A stretch of DNA of 63,966 nucleotides, counting the filler, from Vicugna vicugna (Eukaryota): assembly GCA_013265495.1 (NCBI GenBank). It is 81 parts of 81 records of this genome, joined end to end, with 100 filler letters (N's around TTAATTAATTAA, not from the genome) between each part and the next. Parts side by side here need not be neighbours in the genome. Positions count along the whole stretch, not along the records: positions 24,870 to 25,616 come from MU059477.1; positions 25,717 to 26,597 come from MU059478.1; positions 26,698 to 27,166 come from PNXW01009536.1; positions 27,267 to 28,070 come from PNXW01009537.1; positions 28,171 to 28,640 come from PNXW01009539.1; positions 28,741 to 29,705 come from PNXW01009540.1; positions 29,806 to 30,379 come from PNXW01009541.1; positions 30,480 to 30,991 come from PNXW01009543.1; 73 more parts are not named here. One strand, 5' to 3'. Of the stretch, positions 24,870 to 38,409 are shown in pieces. The notes under the pieces were generated by a model that was not told the origin of the DNA, ran no database searches, and saw only the letters and a list, made by a program, of their open reading frames with translations. The position numbers and the translations under genes are program-made. Each line of letters begins with the position of its first letter. Within the stretch, counting starts at the first letter, position 1.

Positions 24870-25616
24870 CTCCCCATATATATGTATGGAGAGGAGTTGG
24901 CAACTGAAAAGATATTTGTGTTCCCTTCAAGTTAGTTGAAGGTCGGTTTTCACACACACTTATTTCTCAGAACTGAGCATGTGGAGAGACGTTCTTTCAT
25001 CCAGCACAAAGGGATCGGGTTGCAGGAGAAACCCTTACTCTGGTTTCTCAGTCTGTTTCCTAGTGCCGGTTTGAAGTGCCTGCCGTTTTCACTGTAAAAC
25101 CGAGTTGGAGCTTGNNNNNNNNNNNNNNNNNNNNNNNNNNNNNNNNNNNNNNNNNNNNNNNNNNNNNNNNNNNNNNNNNNNNNNNNNNNNNNNNNNNNNN
25201 NNNNNNNNNNNNNNNNNNNNNNNNNNNNNNNNNNNNNNNNNNNNNNNNNNNNNNNNNNNNNNNNNNNNNNNNNNNNNNNNNNNNNNNNNNNNNNNNNNNN
25301 NNNNNNNNNNNNNNNNNNNNNNNNNNNNNNNNNNNNNNNNNNNNNNNNNNNNNNNNNNNNNNNNACCTCCCCTTATATATGTATGGAGTGGAGTTTGCAA
25401 CTGAAAAGAAACTTTGTGTTCCCTTCAAGCTAGGTGAAGGACGGCTTTCACACACACTTATCTCTCAGAACTGAGCATGAAGAGAGACTTTCGTTCTTCC
25501 AGCACAAAGAGAACGGGTTGCAGGTGAAACCCTTACTCTGTTTTCTCAGTCTGTTCCCTAGTGCCGGTTAGAATTGCCTGCCGTTTTCACTGTAAAACTA
25601 AGTTGGAGCTTGTACC
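24870..25616 (-). repeat. Satellite C
   Basis: Reverse complement of the 40693-41580 monomer on both sides of a gap. Confidence 0.92.
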
Positions 25617-25716
25617 NNNNNNNNNNNNNNNNNNNNNNNNNNNNNNNNNNNNNNNNNNNNTTAATTAATTAANNNNNNNNNNNNNNNNNNNNNNNNNNNN
25701 NNNNNNNNNNNNNNNN

Positions 25717-26597
25717 TAAATTCTATATTCAATATTCTGTTTTCTATATTCTAAATTCTGTTTTCTGAATTCCATTTTCTCAATTCTGGGTTTTTTATTC
25801 TGGTTTCCATATTCTGTACTATGTGTTCTACATTCTATATTCTAAATTCTGTATTCTGCATTCCGTACGCTATATTGTATTTTCTGTGTTCTACATTCTA
25901 TATTGTAAATTCTATATTAATTAATCTTTATTCTATATTCTAAATTGTGTGTTCTGCATTCAGTGTTCTAAATTCTGGGTTCTCTTTTCTCTATTCTCTA
26001 TTTTATATTCTGTGTTCTACATTCTATACTGTAAATTCTATATTCATTGTTCTGTATTCTATATTCTATGTTCTGTGTTCTGCATTCTGTATTCTAAATT
26101 CTGTGTTATGCATTCCATGTTCTGATTTCTGGGTTCTATATTCTCTATTCTCTATTCTTTATTTTGTGTTCTACATTCTATATTCTATATTGTATATTCA
26201 GTATTCTATATTCTATATTCTAAATTCTGTGTTCTGCATTCCATGTTCTATTTTCTGGGTTCTATATTCTCTATTGTTTATTCTATATTCTGTGTTCAAC
26301 ATTATATATTCTAAATTCTATATTCAGTATTCTTTTTTCTATATTCTAAATTCTGTGCNNNNNNNNNNNNNNNNNNNNNNNNNNNNNNNNNNNNNNNNNN
26401 NNNNNNNNNNNNNNNNNNNNNNNNNNNNNNNNNNNNNNNNNNNNNNNNNNNNNNNNNNNNNNNNNNNNNNNNNNNNNNNNNNNNNNNNNNNNNNNNNNNN
26501 NNNNNNNNNNNNNNNNNNNNNNNNNNNNNNTATTCTAAATGATCCACATTCCATGTACTAATTTCTGGGTTCTATATTCTCTATTCTATATTCTATA
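25717..26597 (+). repeat. Satellite A
   Basis: 7-bp periodicity; CATTCCATG at 26111 and 26237 (126 bp = 18 x 7). Confidence 0.93.
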
Positions 26598-27266
26598 NNN
26601 NNNNNNNNNNNNNNNNNNNNNNNNNNNNNNNNNNNNNNNNNTTAATTAATTAANNNNNNNNNNNNNNNNNNNNNNNNNNNNNNNNNNNNNNNNNNNNCTC
26701 CATATTATCAAAGGATTTCTTCACAACTGATGACACATTTTCAGGACTCAGAGTGCCATTCCATTATTATCAGCTGACACTGGCTGCATGATTGTGAGCA
26801 GAAGCCTAAGGCTCCCTGACATTGCCTACAATTTTTCCAGCATTTCAGTGCATTTCACATTCTGAAAATGCTTCACATTTTATTTTAAATTAATGGGAAA
26901 TTGTCAAATCTTCCATGAATATTTCATATTTCCTAATATCTGCAGAAATTTGGTATTCTTGCAGTTGAACAAATTTTTAATTCCACAACCCTCACCTCCT
27001 TCTAGTCCTCACATATAAGATTGCAATTTTGTTACTGAATATGACCACCACACCAAATACTCTAGTACCTATTAGATACTCCCTTGGTGAAGGTTAGAAA
27101 GGGGAAGGATTTGTGGGTTGCACAAACGTTCATTAAATATTTGCAATGGCACTGTCTCTTCTGTACNNNNNNNNNNNNNNNNNNNNNNNNNNNNNNNNNN
27201 NNNNNNNNNNTTAATTAATTAANNNNNNNNNNNNNNNNNNNNNNNNNNNNNNNNNNNNNNNNNNNN

Positions 27267-28070
27267 TGTCAGTTGGAGGAACTTCTCTGCACTCAGGATT
27301 TCGGAACACATTCTTGTGTGTGTGGGATTTGTGCAGCCCCACTCCACCCAGATGAATGGCGGCAAAAGAGATCCCTTTAAGGAGAAGTCCTCTAAGTACT
27401 TCCTCAATCGATCAGGGGGCACTCTCTGCTACTTAGACTCCAAGACCAACCCACAGCTTTCCCTCACATGCCGGACCAGGGAAACACTCTTATTACAATC
27501 TAAGGGATTCTATTAGAACCCAGACGCTGCTGTCATTTTGAGGAGCACCCCCACACTAAGGATATCTGAAAGTCTTCGTGTGTGTTCTGGAGGTGGGAAA
27601 GATATTCCACGCATCTTTATGGGGGCACAGGTGTTCCAAACTTGGGGATTTGGTTTAAACAACTCCACTGCCCATAGAGGGGCACTCGCCATTCCTTGAC
27701 TTTAGGGCCCAACCACCACATTCGCTCACAGCCCGTCCTAGGTAAACACACAAGGAAGTCAAGCTAACGGATTCTATTAGACCTCAGGTTCTGCTGTCAT
27801 TTGGAGGAAACTCCCCACATTCAGGATAGAAGAACACTTCCTCGTTTGTGTGCTGGAGGTGGGGAAACAGAGTCCAGGCATCTTCCAGGTGGCACATGTA
27901 TTCCTACGTTGCTGGTTGTAGTTAAAATTTCTCAACATCACATATAGATGCATTGGCTAATGCTTGGTATTAGAGTCGAAAACCCACATTCCCCTGCACT
28001 CCAGCAAAGGCAAACCGTCAGGAATGGCAAGTTAAGGGATTCAACAACACAGGCGCTGCTGACAGTAGGT
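27267..28070 (-). repeat. Satellite B, about three diverged monomers
   Basis: CTGCTGTCA/CTGCTGACA landmark at ~27527, 27791 and 28056. Confidence 0.9.
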
Positions 28071-29232
28071 NNNNNNNNNNNNNNNNNNNNNNNNNNNNNN
28101 NNNNNNNNNNNNNNTTAATTAATTAANNNNNNNNNNNNNNNNNNNNNNNNNNNNNNNNNNNNNNNNNNNNACTGCTTGGCTGTGAGTCTGCAGACCCACC
28201 AGAGAATGCCAGCTTCTTTTTGCTTTTTGAAGTCTGCCCTTGGGATTTGGCAGAGTAGTTGGATGTGTGTTTAGCCCATAGTGGTTGACATTGTCAACAC
28301 TGTTTACCGAGAACCTCGTGTACGAGGCATGGCTCTCGGCATCAAATGCAGCAGCGCATTAAACCTCCCTTCTTGTGGGTCTGTCTGTTCTGGTTCCATA
28401 AGAGCTCAGCCAGCTTCTTAAAGTCAGTGAGATAACGCGGTCTGTGAGCTCGGGTCAAGCACATTCTCCTCCAGTCACTTTTACTCCATATTCCACAGTC
28501 ATTAATTTTTTAAACAATGCTTTGGTGCAGCAGCAGAGCCTAATTCTCTCTTGTTTCTCTTGGTGGAATTGAGTAAAACTGTCCAGCCTGAAATACGACC
28601 ACAATTTGTAGCTCAAAAGCTGCCTAGATGCATGTAGGTGNNNNNNNNNNNNNNNNNNNNNNNNNNNNNNNNNNNNNNNNNNNNTTAATTAATTAANNNN
28701 NNNNNNNNNNNNNNNNNNNNNNNNNNNNNNNNNNNNNNNNCACAGTGCACATTTTTATGCCTCTCGTAAACTTATTGCAAACGTTGTTTTCCAGAAGGTT
28801 ATTCAAATGTACCCTTTCAATGGCCAGTACAGGACAAAGGCCAATCCTTGTGTTCTTGCCTGAATTGGAGAATCCACTTTTTTAGAATCTCTATTAGTTT
28901 GAGGGATAAAAAATTATTTATTTGCATTCTTTGAATATTAATCACATCTTTAAATGCTTCTGCATCTTTTGATATTCTCTTCTGTGAGCTGTTCACTCGG
29001 GTCCTGTGTCAGTAATTTAAAGAAACTCAAGGCTGAAATTAGGGAGCTGTTAGCTACCTTTTATTAACTTGCGTAAGAACTGGCACCAGGACCTCACTCC
29101 TAAGGATTCCATGGTTATTTCAAACTGTAAACTCAGGAATCACAGATTTTTGTGTGTAAGTCATAGAATTCTCCAGTGCTTTGCACACTCGTTACTAAGA
29201 GAAATACCGCAGTGAAATCTCAGAAACAGTAC

Positions 29233-29505
29233 CTGACTGACGGACGACACGCTCTTCGAGGGAGGAGACACCCACACAGCTGAAGACAAACGTATCGAGC
29301 CTCTCAGGAGCCCGGACAGCAGTTCAGAATAACAATGGTGTAGCTCCATCTGGCACAGCTTTGTTTCCTTGTCTGTTAATTGGACCAGGAAGTCGCCATC
29401 CGTGTTTCGCAACTTGCTGAAAAGCGGCCAGTATGAATCATGGGCTGAGAGCAGCCCTTCCACGGAGAGCGGGCTGGTTTGGAGCAGGCAGCCAAGGACA
29501 GAGCT
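29233..29505 (-). CDS. Candidate symmetric coding exon (273 nt, 91 codons), gene unidentified
   Basis: Acceptor TTTCACTCTCCTTCGTTTAAAAG, open frame SSVLGCLLQTSPLSVEGLLSAHDSYWPLFSKLRNTDGDFLVQLTDKETKLCQMELHHCYSELLSGLLRGSIRLSSAVWVSPPSKSVSSVSQ, donor CAG|GTACTG, phase 0-0. Confidence 0.55.
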
Positions 29506-29805
29506 CTTTTAAACGAAGGAGAGTGAAACAGCAGTGTCCCCTTACGACCAGCGCTGGGAAGGGGCGATTTTAACGTGGTAGGGACGCTTCGAAGAGGAAG
29601 TGCACGGTGACATGTCCAACACGCACATAACATTAAGCCGCTGGGAGTTTAATGTTAATGTCTTCACATTAAGAGATGGGAAACTGGGTTGGTTTGGTTT
29701 TTCAGNNNNNNNNNNNNNNNNNNNNNNNNNNNNNNNNNNNNNNNNNNNNTTAATTAATTAANNNNNNNNNNNNNNNNNNNNNNNNNNNNNNNNNNNNNNN
29801 NNNNN

Positions 29806-30300
29806 TCCTGGTTTCTTTTTGGATTTGTGACTTCACTGTAAGCTTTTGACCTATGGTTGACATGTTTTGTATGTATATTGACCCATTACTATAACTATTT
29901 ATTTTAACTGACAGGAATACAAATTCTAACCCATCCTAAAGAGAAGAGAAACAAGAAGGAAATACTCTGTATTATACTGTTTCACTCTCTGACACTTAAA
30001 AATTTTGATGTCCTGTTTTACAACATCATGTTTATGCTATTGTAAGTCATTGTAGTTATTGACTTTCTAATTATGCCTTTCTCTTTTCTATAACATCCTG
30101 CTTCTTTTTGTTTTAGAGTAGATCTTTCATTATTTCTTTTTCTGTTGCTAAATTCTTCTATATTTGTTTTTTCAGAAGTTATTTTTCTCTCCTTCTATTC
30201 TAACCCTTGCTTGATATATTATCTTAGATAACAGCTTTCTTTCATTCAGGACTTTGAATATCTCTTGCCACTGCCTTCTGCCTGTTGTAATTGTGTAGGA
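29806..30300 (-). mobile_element. LINE-1 ORF1 end and inter-ORF region, degenerate
   Basis: Homologous to 17134-17350 (CATCCTGCTTCTTTT...TTTAGAGTA). Confidence 0.8.
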
Positions 30301-30479
30301 ACGTGTTTAAAACTATAATATATGTAATTTTATGTATATGTAAAGAATAGTTAGAAATGAAGTTATCAATTGAGATGAANNNNNNNNNNNNNNNNNNNNN
30401 NNNNNNNNNNNNNNNNNNNNNNNTTAATTAATTAANNNNNNNNNNNNNNNNNNNNNNNNNNNNNNNNNNNNNNNNNNNN

Positions 30480-30991
30480 GAAACAATAAAGAAGAAAATT
30501 GAATGAATGTGAGTAAGGCAAATAGCCAGAGAATCAATTTAAAACATAAAAAAAAAATACCTAAGTACATTTCTTTTAAACAAAAATTGGGCAAATGTTT
30601 AGGTTGGCTAAGAAAATAAAGACTCAAATATAATTAGAAATAAAACAGAAGATATTACCACTGATGTTGTAGAGATGCAAAGCATCATAAGAAATTACCA
30701 CTAGCCAACGATTTGAATGACCTAGAACAAAAGACCAATTCCCAGAAACATATGTCTTCCAATATTGAATCAAGAAGAAATTGGAAAGATAATAGGGCAA
30801 AAGTGTGTTTGAAGTAAGTCAAAAATCAATCTTCCAAAACCAGAAAAAATTTACAGGACAACATTACTGGTGAATTCTGTCATACAGTTGAAAACAATTT
30901 TCACCAATTCTTCCCCAAATCTTCCAAGAATTTGAAGAGTGTGAAAGATTCCAAACATGTTCATGATGCGAGCTTTATTTGCTTAACAGGC
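30480..30991 (+). mobile_element. LINE-1 ORF2 fragment, degenerate
   Basis: A-rich, with ORF2 motifs (TGAATCAAGAAGAAAT, ACTGGTGAATTCT, CCAATTCTTC.CAAA). Confidence 0.8.
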
Positions 30992-31091
30992 NNNNNNNNN
31001 NNNNNNNNNNNNNNNNNNNNNNNNNNNNNNNNNNNTTAATTAATTAANNNNNNNNNNNNNNNNNNNNNNNNNNNNNNNNNNNNNNNNNNNN

Positions 31092-31330
31092 ATCATAAAA
31101 AAATAGAAACAGACTCACATATATATGTGTAGTGTAGCAAGTAGTGGTTTCCACTGGGGACAGGGAAGGAGGATGTGGAATACAGAAATATGCAAGGTAC
31201 TAGTTATAAACTAGAGAACCAACAGGGCTATATTTACAGCACAGAGAAATATTTTAATAATTTAAATGATTTTAAAGAGATTATAGGCATATATTATACT
31301 AAAATGTGCATGCATGTGGGAAAAAATTGA
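31092..31330 (+). mobile_element. LINE-1 3'UTR remnant
   Basis: GAAACAGACTCACA...GTGGTTTCCA..GGGA...ACAGCACAGAGAAATAT. Confidence 0.65.
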
Positions 31331-32599
31331 AGAAAAATCCCAGGAATAACAAAATATTTTGTAGTACTCTGATATTAAGGGAGGTGATTTGTTCACTTTC
31401 TTTACTGTTCTCATAATGTCCTTATTAGAATTTAAGGTTTTAAACGTTAAAGTATATTCTTTGAAAAGAGTGACATGTTTCAAGTATTTCTGTCTCTCCC
31501 CTTTAATCTACACTCAGTGAAACGATCACATCTCAAGAAAAATAACTACAACACAAAACAATACTCCAGAACACATGTGTACAGCTGACGTTTGGTGGGC
31601 TAAAACACATAAAGGTGGCTGAACTGAGGGAAGAGCAGAGTTTGTGCCTGCGACCATGGACAACTTACTAGGGTATCTGAGCCCAGAGTTTCAGAGTTCC
31701 CAGTAGAAACAGGGTCTCATTGTTTCACACAGCATCAGCCTCCAACTGCACCAGTACACCTCAACCTGCACCAGTACTAATGGTTACAGGTAACTTGGAG
31801 GGAGCCAAATTGGAGACAGAATTTCCAACNNNNNNNNNNNNNNNNNNNNNNNNNNNNNNNNNNNNNNNNNNNNTTAATTAATTAANNNNNNNNNNNNNNN
31901 NNNNNNNNNNNNNNNNNNNNNNNNNNNNNCATTTAGATGCTTTTCTTCCCCTGGTGTCTTCAACCCAGAGGTACATCATGTCCTCTATACAAAGGCACCG
32001 TCAGCAAGCTTTCACTCTCCCACCCTGGACCCAAAGAATTGCAGAGAGGTGGTCTTAACTCTGATGGAGGAGCACTGACTACCACTTGCTCACACCTTGA
32101 TGATGGGGGGGTGGGGGTGGGCAAAGAGCACTGGCATCTGGTATCCCTGCTTCTGCCACTACCGAGAAGGCTCAAAGACAATGGTCAACCCGGGCTTTTC
32201 TTCTCGAAGTGTTTCTAATGCACATTTTGTATCATAATTGAAATACATTTTACACAGAGCAAACAGAGAGCCTAAGGTTATACTCCTGAAATGAACAGAG
32301 TTTTGAGCTTTAAAAATCTCATCTCCTCACTGCACTTAACATTCTAAGATTTCCAATGGTGCACTTCATGCCGAATGCGATTTCTGGTATATTTGTAAGC
32401 TTCAAGTTTGGAAATGTTTNNNNNNNNNNNNNNNNNNNNNNNNNNNNNNNNNNNNNNNNNNNNTTAATTAATTAANNNNNNNNNNNNNNNNNNNNNNNNN
32501 NNNNNNNNNNNNNNNNNNNTTAGTATTAAATGGATCTATTTTCTCAGTTTCCCTAAAGCTATTAGTTGTAGCAGAAATGACTTAAAAAAACCAACTGTA

Positions 32600-33309
32600 C
32601 TTTAATTAAAAAGCAAACAAACAACCAACTTATTTAAAATATGAGCAGAAGAACTGAACAGACATTTTTCCAAAAAAAGGAGGTGCAGATGGCTCACAGG
32701 AACATGAAGAGTTGCTCAGCATCACTAGTATCAGGGAAATGCAAATCAAAACCACAATGCGATATCACCTCACACCTGAATGACCATCATCAAGAAGAAC
32801 ACAAATAACAAATGTCAGCAAGGATGTGGAGAAAGGGGAACCCTTGTACACTGTTGGTGGGAGTGTAAGTTGGTGCAGCCACTATGGGAAACAATATGGA
32901 GGTTTCTCAAAAATCTAAAAATAGAACCAAATGGCCCAGCAATTCCAATCCTGGGCATGTATCTGAGGAGAAAAAAACATTAATTCAAAAAGATATATAA
33001 ACTCTGCTACAAAAAGCAATATTATGTATAATTGCCAAAATATAGAAGCCTCCTAAGTGCACATCAATAGATGAATGGATAAAGAAGATGGAACATATAT
33101 ATGTAATAGAATGCAATTCACCCATAAAGAAGGATATTTTGCCATTTGCAACCTTTCATTCACTTTTTTCTTCACTTCAAAAATTGGCATAAACATTTCC
33201 ATTGCATCAAAAACAACAAAATACAGAAAGAGAAAGAAAAATACCACATGAGATCGCTCATATTTGGAATCTAAAAAACAAAAACTAAAACAAACAAACA
33301 AACAAAAAC
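32600..33309 (+). mobile_element. LINE-1 ORF2 C-terminus and 3'UTR
   Basis: Translates to [32 protein letters not shown]. Confidence 0.93.
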
Positions 33310-33409
33310 NNNNNNNNNNNNNNNNNNNNNNNNNNNNNNNNNNNNNNNNNNNNTTAATTAATTAANNNNNNNNNNNNNNNNNNNNNNNNNNNNNNNNNNN
33401 NNNNNNNNN

Positions 33410-33560
33410 CATATCTTGTAATAAGACCCTAAAATGGAAAAGAATCTGAAAAAGCGTGTGTGTGTGTATGTGTGTATGTGTATCTGAATCACTTTGCTGC
33501 ATACCTGAAATGAATACAACACTGCAGATCAACTATACCTCAATAAAAATGAAGATAATA
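33410..33560 (+). mobile_element. Cetartiodactyl-type LINE-1 3' terminus
   Basis: CTGAATCACTTTGCTG.ATACCTGAAA..AACACTG..ATCAACTATACCTCAATAAAAA. Confidence 0.85.
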
Positions 33561-33599
33561 AAGATGAGAGCAGCAGGTGTGTCCATACCAGATCAGAGA

Positions 33600-34110
33600 A
33601 AGCCTCCTGTATAAATAACAGTATATAACAAACAGTATATCCCACCTGAATACAACTAGTAAAGATTTGAGAAAGTGTCTGCTACTTCCAGTGAGAAAAG
33701 AGCAAAGCAAAACTACGGGGAACACAAAAAATCTAGGAAATGTGTCATCCCCAAAAGAGAGCAGTCTTCCAATAACTGAACTGAAAGGCACAGAATCTGG
33801 TGTGCAGTTGGTAAAGAACTGGAAATAGCTGTACTGAGGATACTCAACAAGCTACATGGAAAACAGAAAGACAACTCAGTGAAATCAGGAAAACAACACG
33901 GGAATAAAAAGAGAAAATTCACAAACGGATAAAAATCATAAAAGAGAACCAAACAGAAATTCTGGAGACTAGGAAGGAAAATGCAACAGAGCATCCACAG
34001 CAGAGTAGATCAAATGTAAGATAAAGTAAGTGGCCTGGAGGAGAGGAACTCCGAAACAACCCAATCGGAGGAGAACAAAAAAGAAAGAATGAACAAGGGC
34101 AGCAAGACCG
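33600..34110 (+). mobile_element. Old LINE-1 5'/ORF1 remnant
   Basis: ORF1 N-terminal-like A-rich sequence (GAAATAGCTGTACTGAGGATACTCAACAAGCTAC, GAACCAAACAGAAATTCTGGAG). Confidence 0.7.
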
Positions 34111-34179
34111 TCTCACACACACCAGCCCAAACGTCCTTCCAGTGGGTCCCTCCAGCTCACAGCAGCCAGATCTTCTTTT

Positions 34180-34325
34180 CTTTAAACACCTCTGTTGTGG
34201 TGTGGTTCCTGTACAGTAAACTACACATATTTCAGGTGTACAATTTGATGAATTTTGATAGATGTGTAACACCGGAAACCACCACCACAATCAAGATAGC
34301 TAACACCTCCATCACTTCCCAAGAG
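34180..34325 (-). mobile_element. Ancient L1M 3' end
   Basis: GTGTACAATTTGATGAATTTTGA...ACCACCACCACAATCAAGATA..AACACCTCCATCAC. Confidence 0.75.
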
Positions 34326-35434
34326 GTGCAATTTTCGAATTCTCAGTTTATTTCTGATTACAGGTAAGGCCTTGCNNNNNNNNNNNNNNNNNNNNNNNNN
34401 NNNNNNNNNNNNNNNNNNNTTAATTAATTAANNNNNNNNNNNNNNNNNNNNNNNNNNNNNNNNNNNNNNNNNNNNAATTAACCTTTCTGTCATCTTTATT
34501 AGAGTTCTGACTTCTTAACATGACTGTAATTACTATCTAGGTTTTTTCTGAAGCAAATGTGAAGGGCCCCCACGCACAGTTCTTACAATCCATAGAAATT
34601 GTCTGGCTGCTCACAGCGAGAACACTCCTCACTGTGGACCTTTTGCAGAAGCTCTACTGCCTGGAGTTACAAGGATTCAGAGCTGATGAAGCTGGACCGG
34701 AGAGAACTGCTGACCACGTGTGAGGGGGGAGCCTGAGGGTCTCATTCGTTCACACAGGTAATTAGCTGTCACAGACGTTATGGATTTCTGGGGAGATGTG
34801 GCGGTGCTGAACTGGACACATGAGTGTTGGTTCTGAAATATGTAGAATATGGAGAGNNNNNNNNNNNNNNNNNNNNNNNNNNNNNNNNNNNNNNNNNNNN
34901 NNNNNNNNNNNNNNNNNNNNNNNNNNNNNNNNNNNNNNNNNNNNNNNNNNNNNNNNNNNNNNNNNNNNNNNNNNNNNNNNNNNNNNNNNNNNNNNNNNNN
35001 NNNNNNNNNNNNNNNNNNNNNNNNNNNNNNNNNNNNNNNNNNNNNNNNNNNNNNNNNNNNNNNNNNNNNNNNNNNNNNNNNNNNNNNNAAGGTGGTCCCA
35101 CTGGTATTTATTTCAGGGGGTGTTGGGGGTGTTTTAGGAGAGCATTAGCCTTTGGAACCTGGGGCTCAGAGAAGCAATTGGCCCTCCCCATGTGTGTGGG
35201 CTCCATCCCATCCCTGGGGTGCTGGAAAGAGCAAAGGGCGGAGGGGGCAGAATGTCTCCCGGCACGTCCCTGGGACGTCGCCCTCCTGTCCTGGATGAGA
35301 GGCACGTCACCCTCCCTGGATCTCAGGCCTTGGGNNNNNNNNNNNNNNNNNNNNNNNNNNNNNNNNNNNNNNNNNNNNTTAATTAATTAANNNNNNNNNN
35401 NNNNNNNNNNNNNNNNNNNNNNNNNNNNNNNNNN

Positions 35435-36163
35435 GTTCTGCATTCCATGTTCTAAATTCTGGGTTCTGCTTTCTGTATTTTAGATTCTATATACTTTGTT
35501 GTACACTCTGTATTCTACATTCTTTATTCTGTATTCTGTATTCTAAATTCTGAGTTCTGAAATCCATGTTCTAAATTCTGGGATCTGTGTTGTGTTTCCT
35601 ATATTCTGTATTCTGTGTTCTGAATTCCATGTTCTAAATTCTGGGTTCTTCATCATGTATTTTGTATTCTATAGTTTTTATTATGTGTTCTGCATTCCAT
35701 GTTCTAAATTCTGGGATCTCTATTCTGGATTCTATATAATATTATGCTATCTACTTTCTAAATTCTGTATTCTGTATACTATATTCTCTATTCTGTGCTC
35801 TACATTCTATATTCTGTAGACTCTACAGTATATTCTAAATTCTGTGTTCTGGATTCCATGTTCTATTTTCTGGGTGCTGTATTCTGCATTTTATATTTTA
35901 TATTCTGTGTCCTAAATTCTAAATTCTACATTTTATTTCTGTATATTATATTCTATATTCTGTGTTGTGAAATCCATTTACTAAACCCTGGGTTCTGTTT
36001 TCAGTATTTTATATTCTTTATTCTATGTTCTACATTCCATATTCTGCATTCAATTTCTGTATTATACATTCATAATCTGTGTTCTACATTCTATATTCCA
36101 ATTTCTATTTCTCTAAATTTCTATTTCTGTATTCTATATTCTATATTCTGTGTTCTGAATTCC
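35435..36163 (+). repeat. Satellite A
   Basis: 7-bp periodicity with repeated TTCCATG-TTCTAAA-TTCTGGG block. Confidence 0.93.
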
Positions 36164-36919
36164 NNNNNNNNNNNNNNNNNNNNNNNNNNNNNNNNNNNNN
36201 NNNNNNNTTAATTAATTAANNNNNNNNNNNNNNNNNNNNNNNNNNNNNNNNNNNNNNNNNNNNAGTTCAACATGCATGTTCTTGTTTAAAGAGTGATTTT
36301 CTGCCCAGCATTTCCCTAGGAGTTCTGAAAATTAAAAAAACAACATTCTCTGTTCTCTGGGGGCTTAAAATACAATTGAAAAAAAGGGACATACAGGGAA
36401 AACATATAGTATAAGACAGCATTAAGATCGTTCACAATCTAAATCTAGTGTGAAGTTGGTAGTGTAAATTGACTACAAAACCTTCTTTCCAAAGAACAAC
36501 TGAAATACTCACAGGGATCTGCATGGGGGAGCTGCTAAAATCAGGGAACAGTGCCTTGCATGTACTCAAGTTTTAATCATGTTCTCAAAATTGTAACAGG
36601 ACTGTGAGGCGTCTCAGTGGCAAACCTCTGACTTTCTCCCCAAGAAAAGGGCTGCAGCATTAATAAAGGAAATCCTGAAAAGCCTCATTAATGTCTCTGA
36701 ATTTAGAAGCACAAAAGGATGGGCTGCTGGACAAACAGAAGCCACAAGTCATGTTCCTTTTTTTCCCTTGAGGTCAGAGCAGCCAGGCCACTCAGTGAAG
36801 AGGACANNNNNNNNNNNNNNNNNNNNNNNNNNNNNNNNNNNNNNNNNNNNTTAATTAATTAANNNNNNNNNNNNNNNNNNNNNNNNNNNNNNNNNNNNNN
36901 NNNNNNCCTAAGTAACTGG

Positions 36920-37260
36920 CTAGAGCAACAGGAGTCAGGATTGGTTAGAAGTTTCGGTGATGTCGTCAGGATCCCAGACACTGTCCCTCCTTCAGCTGTG
37001 AGGCTGCTGGTGTTAATGTCACCTTTCCTGGTCTGCTGATTGGCAGCAGCTCCAAGCGTCATCTTCTCACCTGACAGTATCCGCAGGCGAGGAGGGCTGC
37101 TTCTCTCTGCATGTTTCCTGTTAACTAGGAAGGAAACAGAGACGCTCCCGGTAGACTTCCCCTAGCATCTTATTGGCTGGGCTACATCACATGCTCATTC
37201 CTAAAGCAGCCACTGGGAAAGGAAATGCAGTTACTGTGATGACCGTAAGACAATCATTTC
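36920..37260. mobile_element. Old MaLR (MLT1K/L-like) LTR
   Basis: GCAGCAGCTCCA...AGACTTCCCCT..ATCTTATTGGCT...CACATGCTCATTCCTAAA..CACTGG.AAAGGAAATG. Confidence 0.65.
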
Positions 37261-37520
37261 TCTTTTCGCAGCTAAGGAGAGCTTACCTTCTTCGCATACT
37301 GGGGCAGAAAAAATTGTCCAGCAAGGACAACGAAGAAGAAAAGGTTGTCGAGTTGGGAACCAGCAATGGCTGCTTCATGGATCCACTGAAGAATGTTGAG
37401 CAGAAGAGTAAGAAGATTCGNNNNNNNNNNNNNNNNNNNNNNNNNNNNNNNNNNNNNNNNNNNNTTAATTAATTAANNNNNNNNNNNNNNNNNNNNNNNN
37501 NNNNNNNNNNNNNNNNNNNN

Positions 37521-38115
37521 AAATTCAAAAAAATTGAAGAGGAATGAACTCTTCCTAACTCATTCCACAAAGCCAGCATCACTCTGATCCCAAAGCTAGA
37601 CAGAAGTACCACAAGAGGAGAAAACTACAGCTAGTGTCTTTTATGAATATAGATGCAGAAATTCTCAGCAAAATGCTAGCAAATCAAATCCAGCAGCATA
37701 TTAAAAATATTATAAACTTTAACTAAGTAAGTGGAATTTATCCCAGGAATGCAGGGGTGTTTCAACATAACAAAAAAATAGTAACTGTAATGCACCACAT
37801 TAGAATGAAGGGGGGAAAAATGTTAATCTCAATCAACAGAAAAAGCATTTACAAAATTCAATACCCTTTTATGATACATGAATATTTAGCAAACTAGGAA
37901 TAGAAGGGAGCTTCCTCAATATGATAAAAAAGGACATTCATGAAAAGCCCACAGCCAACACCATATTCAGTGGTGAAAGATTGAAACCCCGCCCTTAAGA
38001 CACAGGTACTCATTTTCACTGCTGCTATTCACCATTGTACCAGAAATTTTAGCCAGCACCATTAGGTAAGAAAAAGAAATAAGACGCATCCAAATTGGAA
38101 AAGAAGAAGCAGATT
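37521..38115 (+). mobile_element. LINE-1 ORF2 reverse-transcriptase region, degenerate
   Basis: TGAATATAGATGCAGAAATTCTC, ATCCCAGGAATGCAGGG, AAAAGCATTT.ACAAAATTCAA, ATCCAAATTGGAAAAGAAGAAG. Confidence 0.92.
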
Positions 38116-38409
38116 TGAGGAGAGGGGTGAATGAAGTGACAAAAACTTCATTTGCTTGTCCTAGGAATTTCACTGGGTTGCGCTAACTTGTGGGTTAAGA
38201 TTAAGTAAGAAACTCACATGCTGATTTATATCAAATACCATTTCTCCAATTAAGCCTAGGAATGTTTTCAGGTATTACCAGGAGTTGGTTGATTTGTTGA
38301 ATGTTAACTNNNNNNNNNNNNNNNNNNNNNNNNNNNNNNNNNNNNNNNNNNNNTTAATTAATTAANNNNNNNNNNNNNNNNNNNNNNNNNNNNNNNNNNN
38401 NNNNNNNNN

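Noticed and set aside
32349..32394. Possible 46-nt exon (TAAG|ATTTCC...ATTT|GTAAGC)
   Set aside because: Too short, all three frames open, no recognisable peptide.
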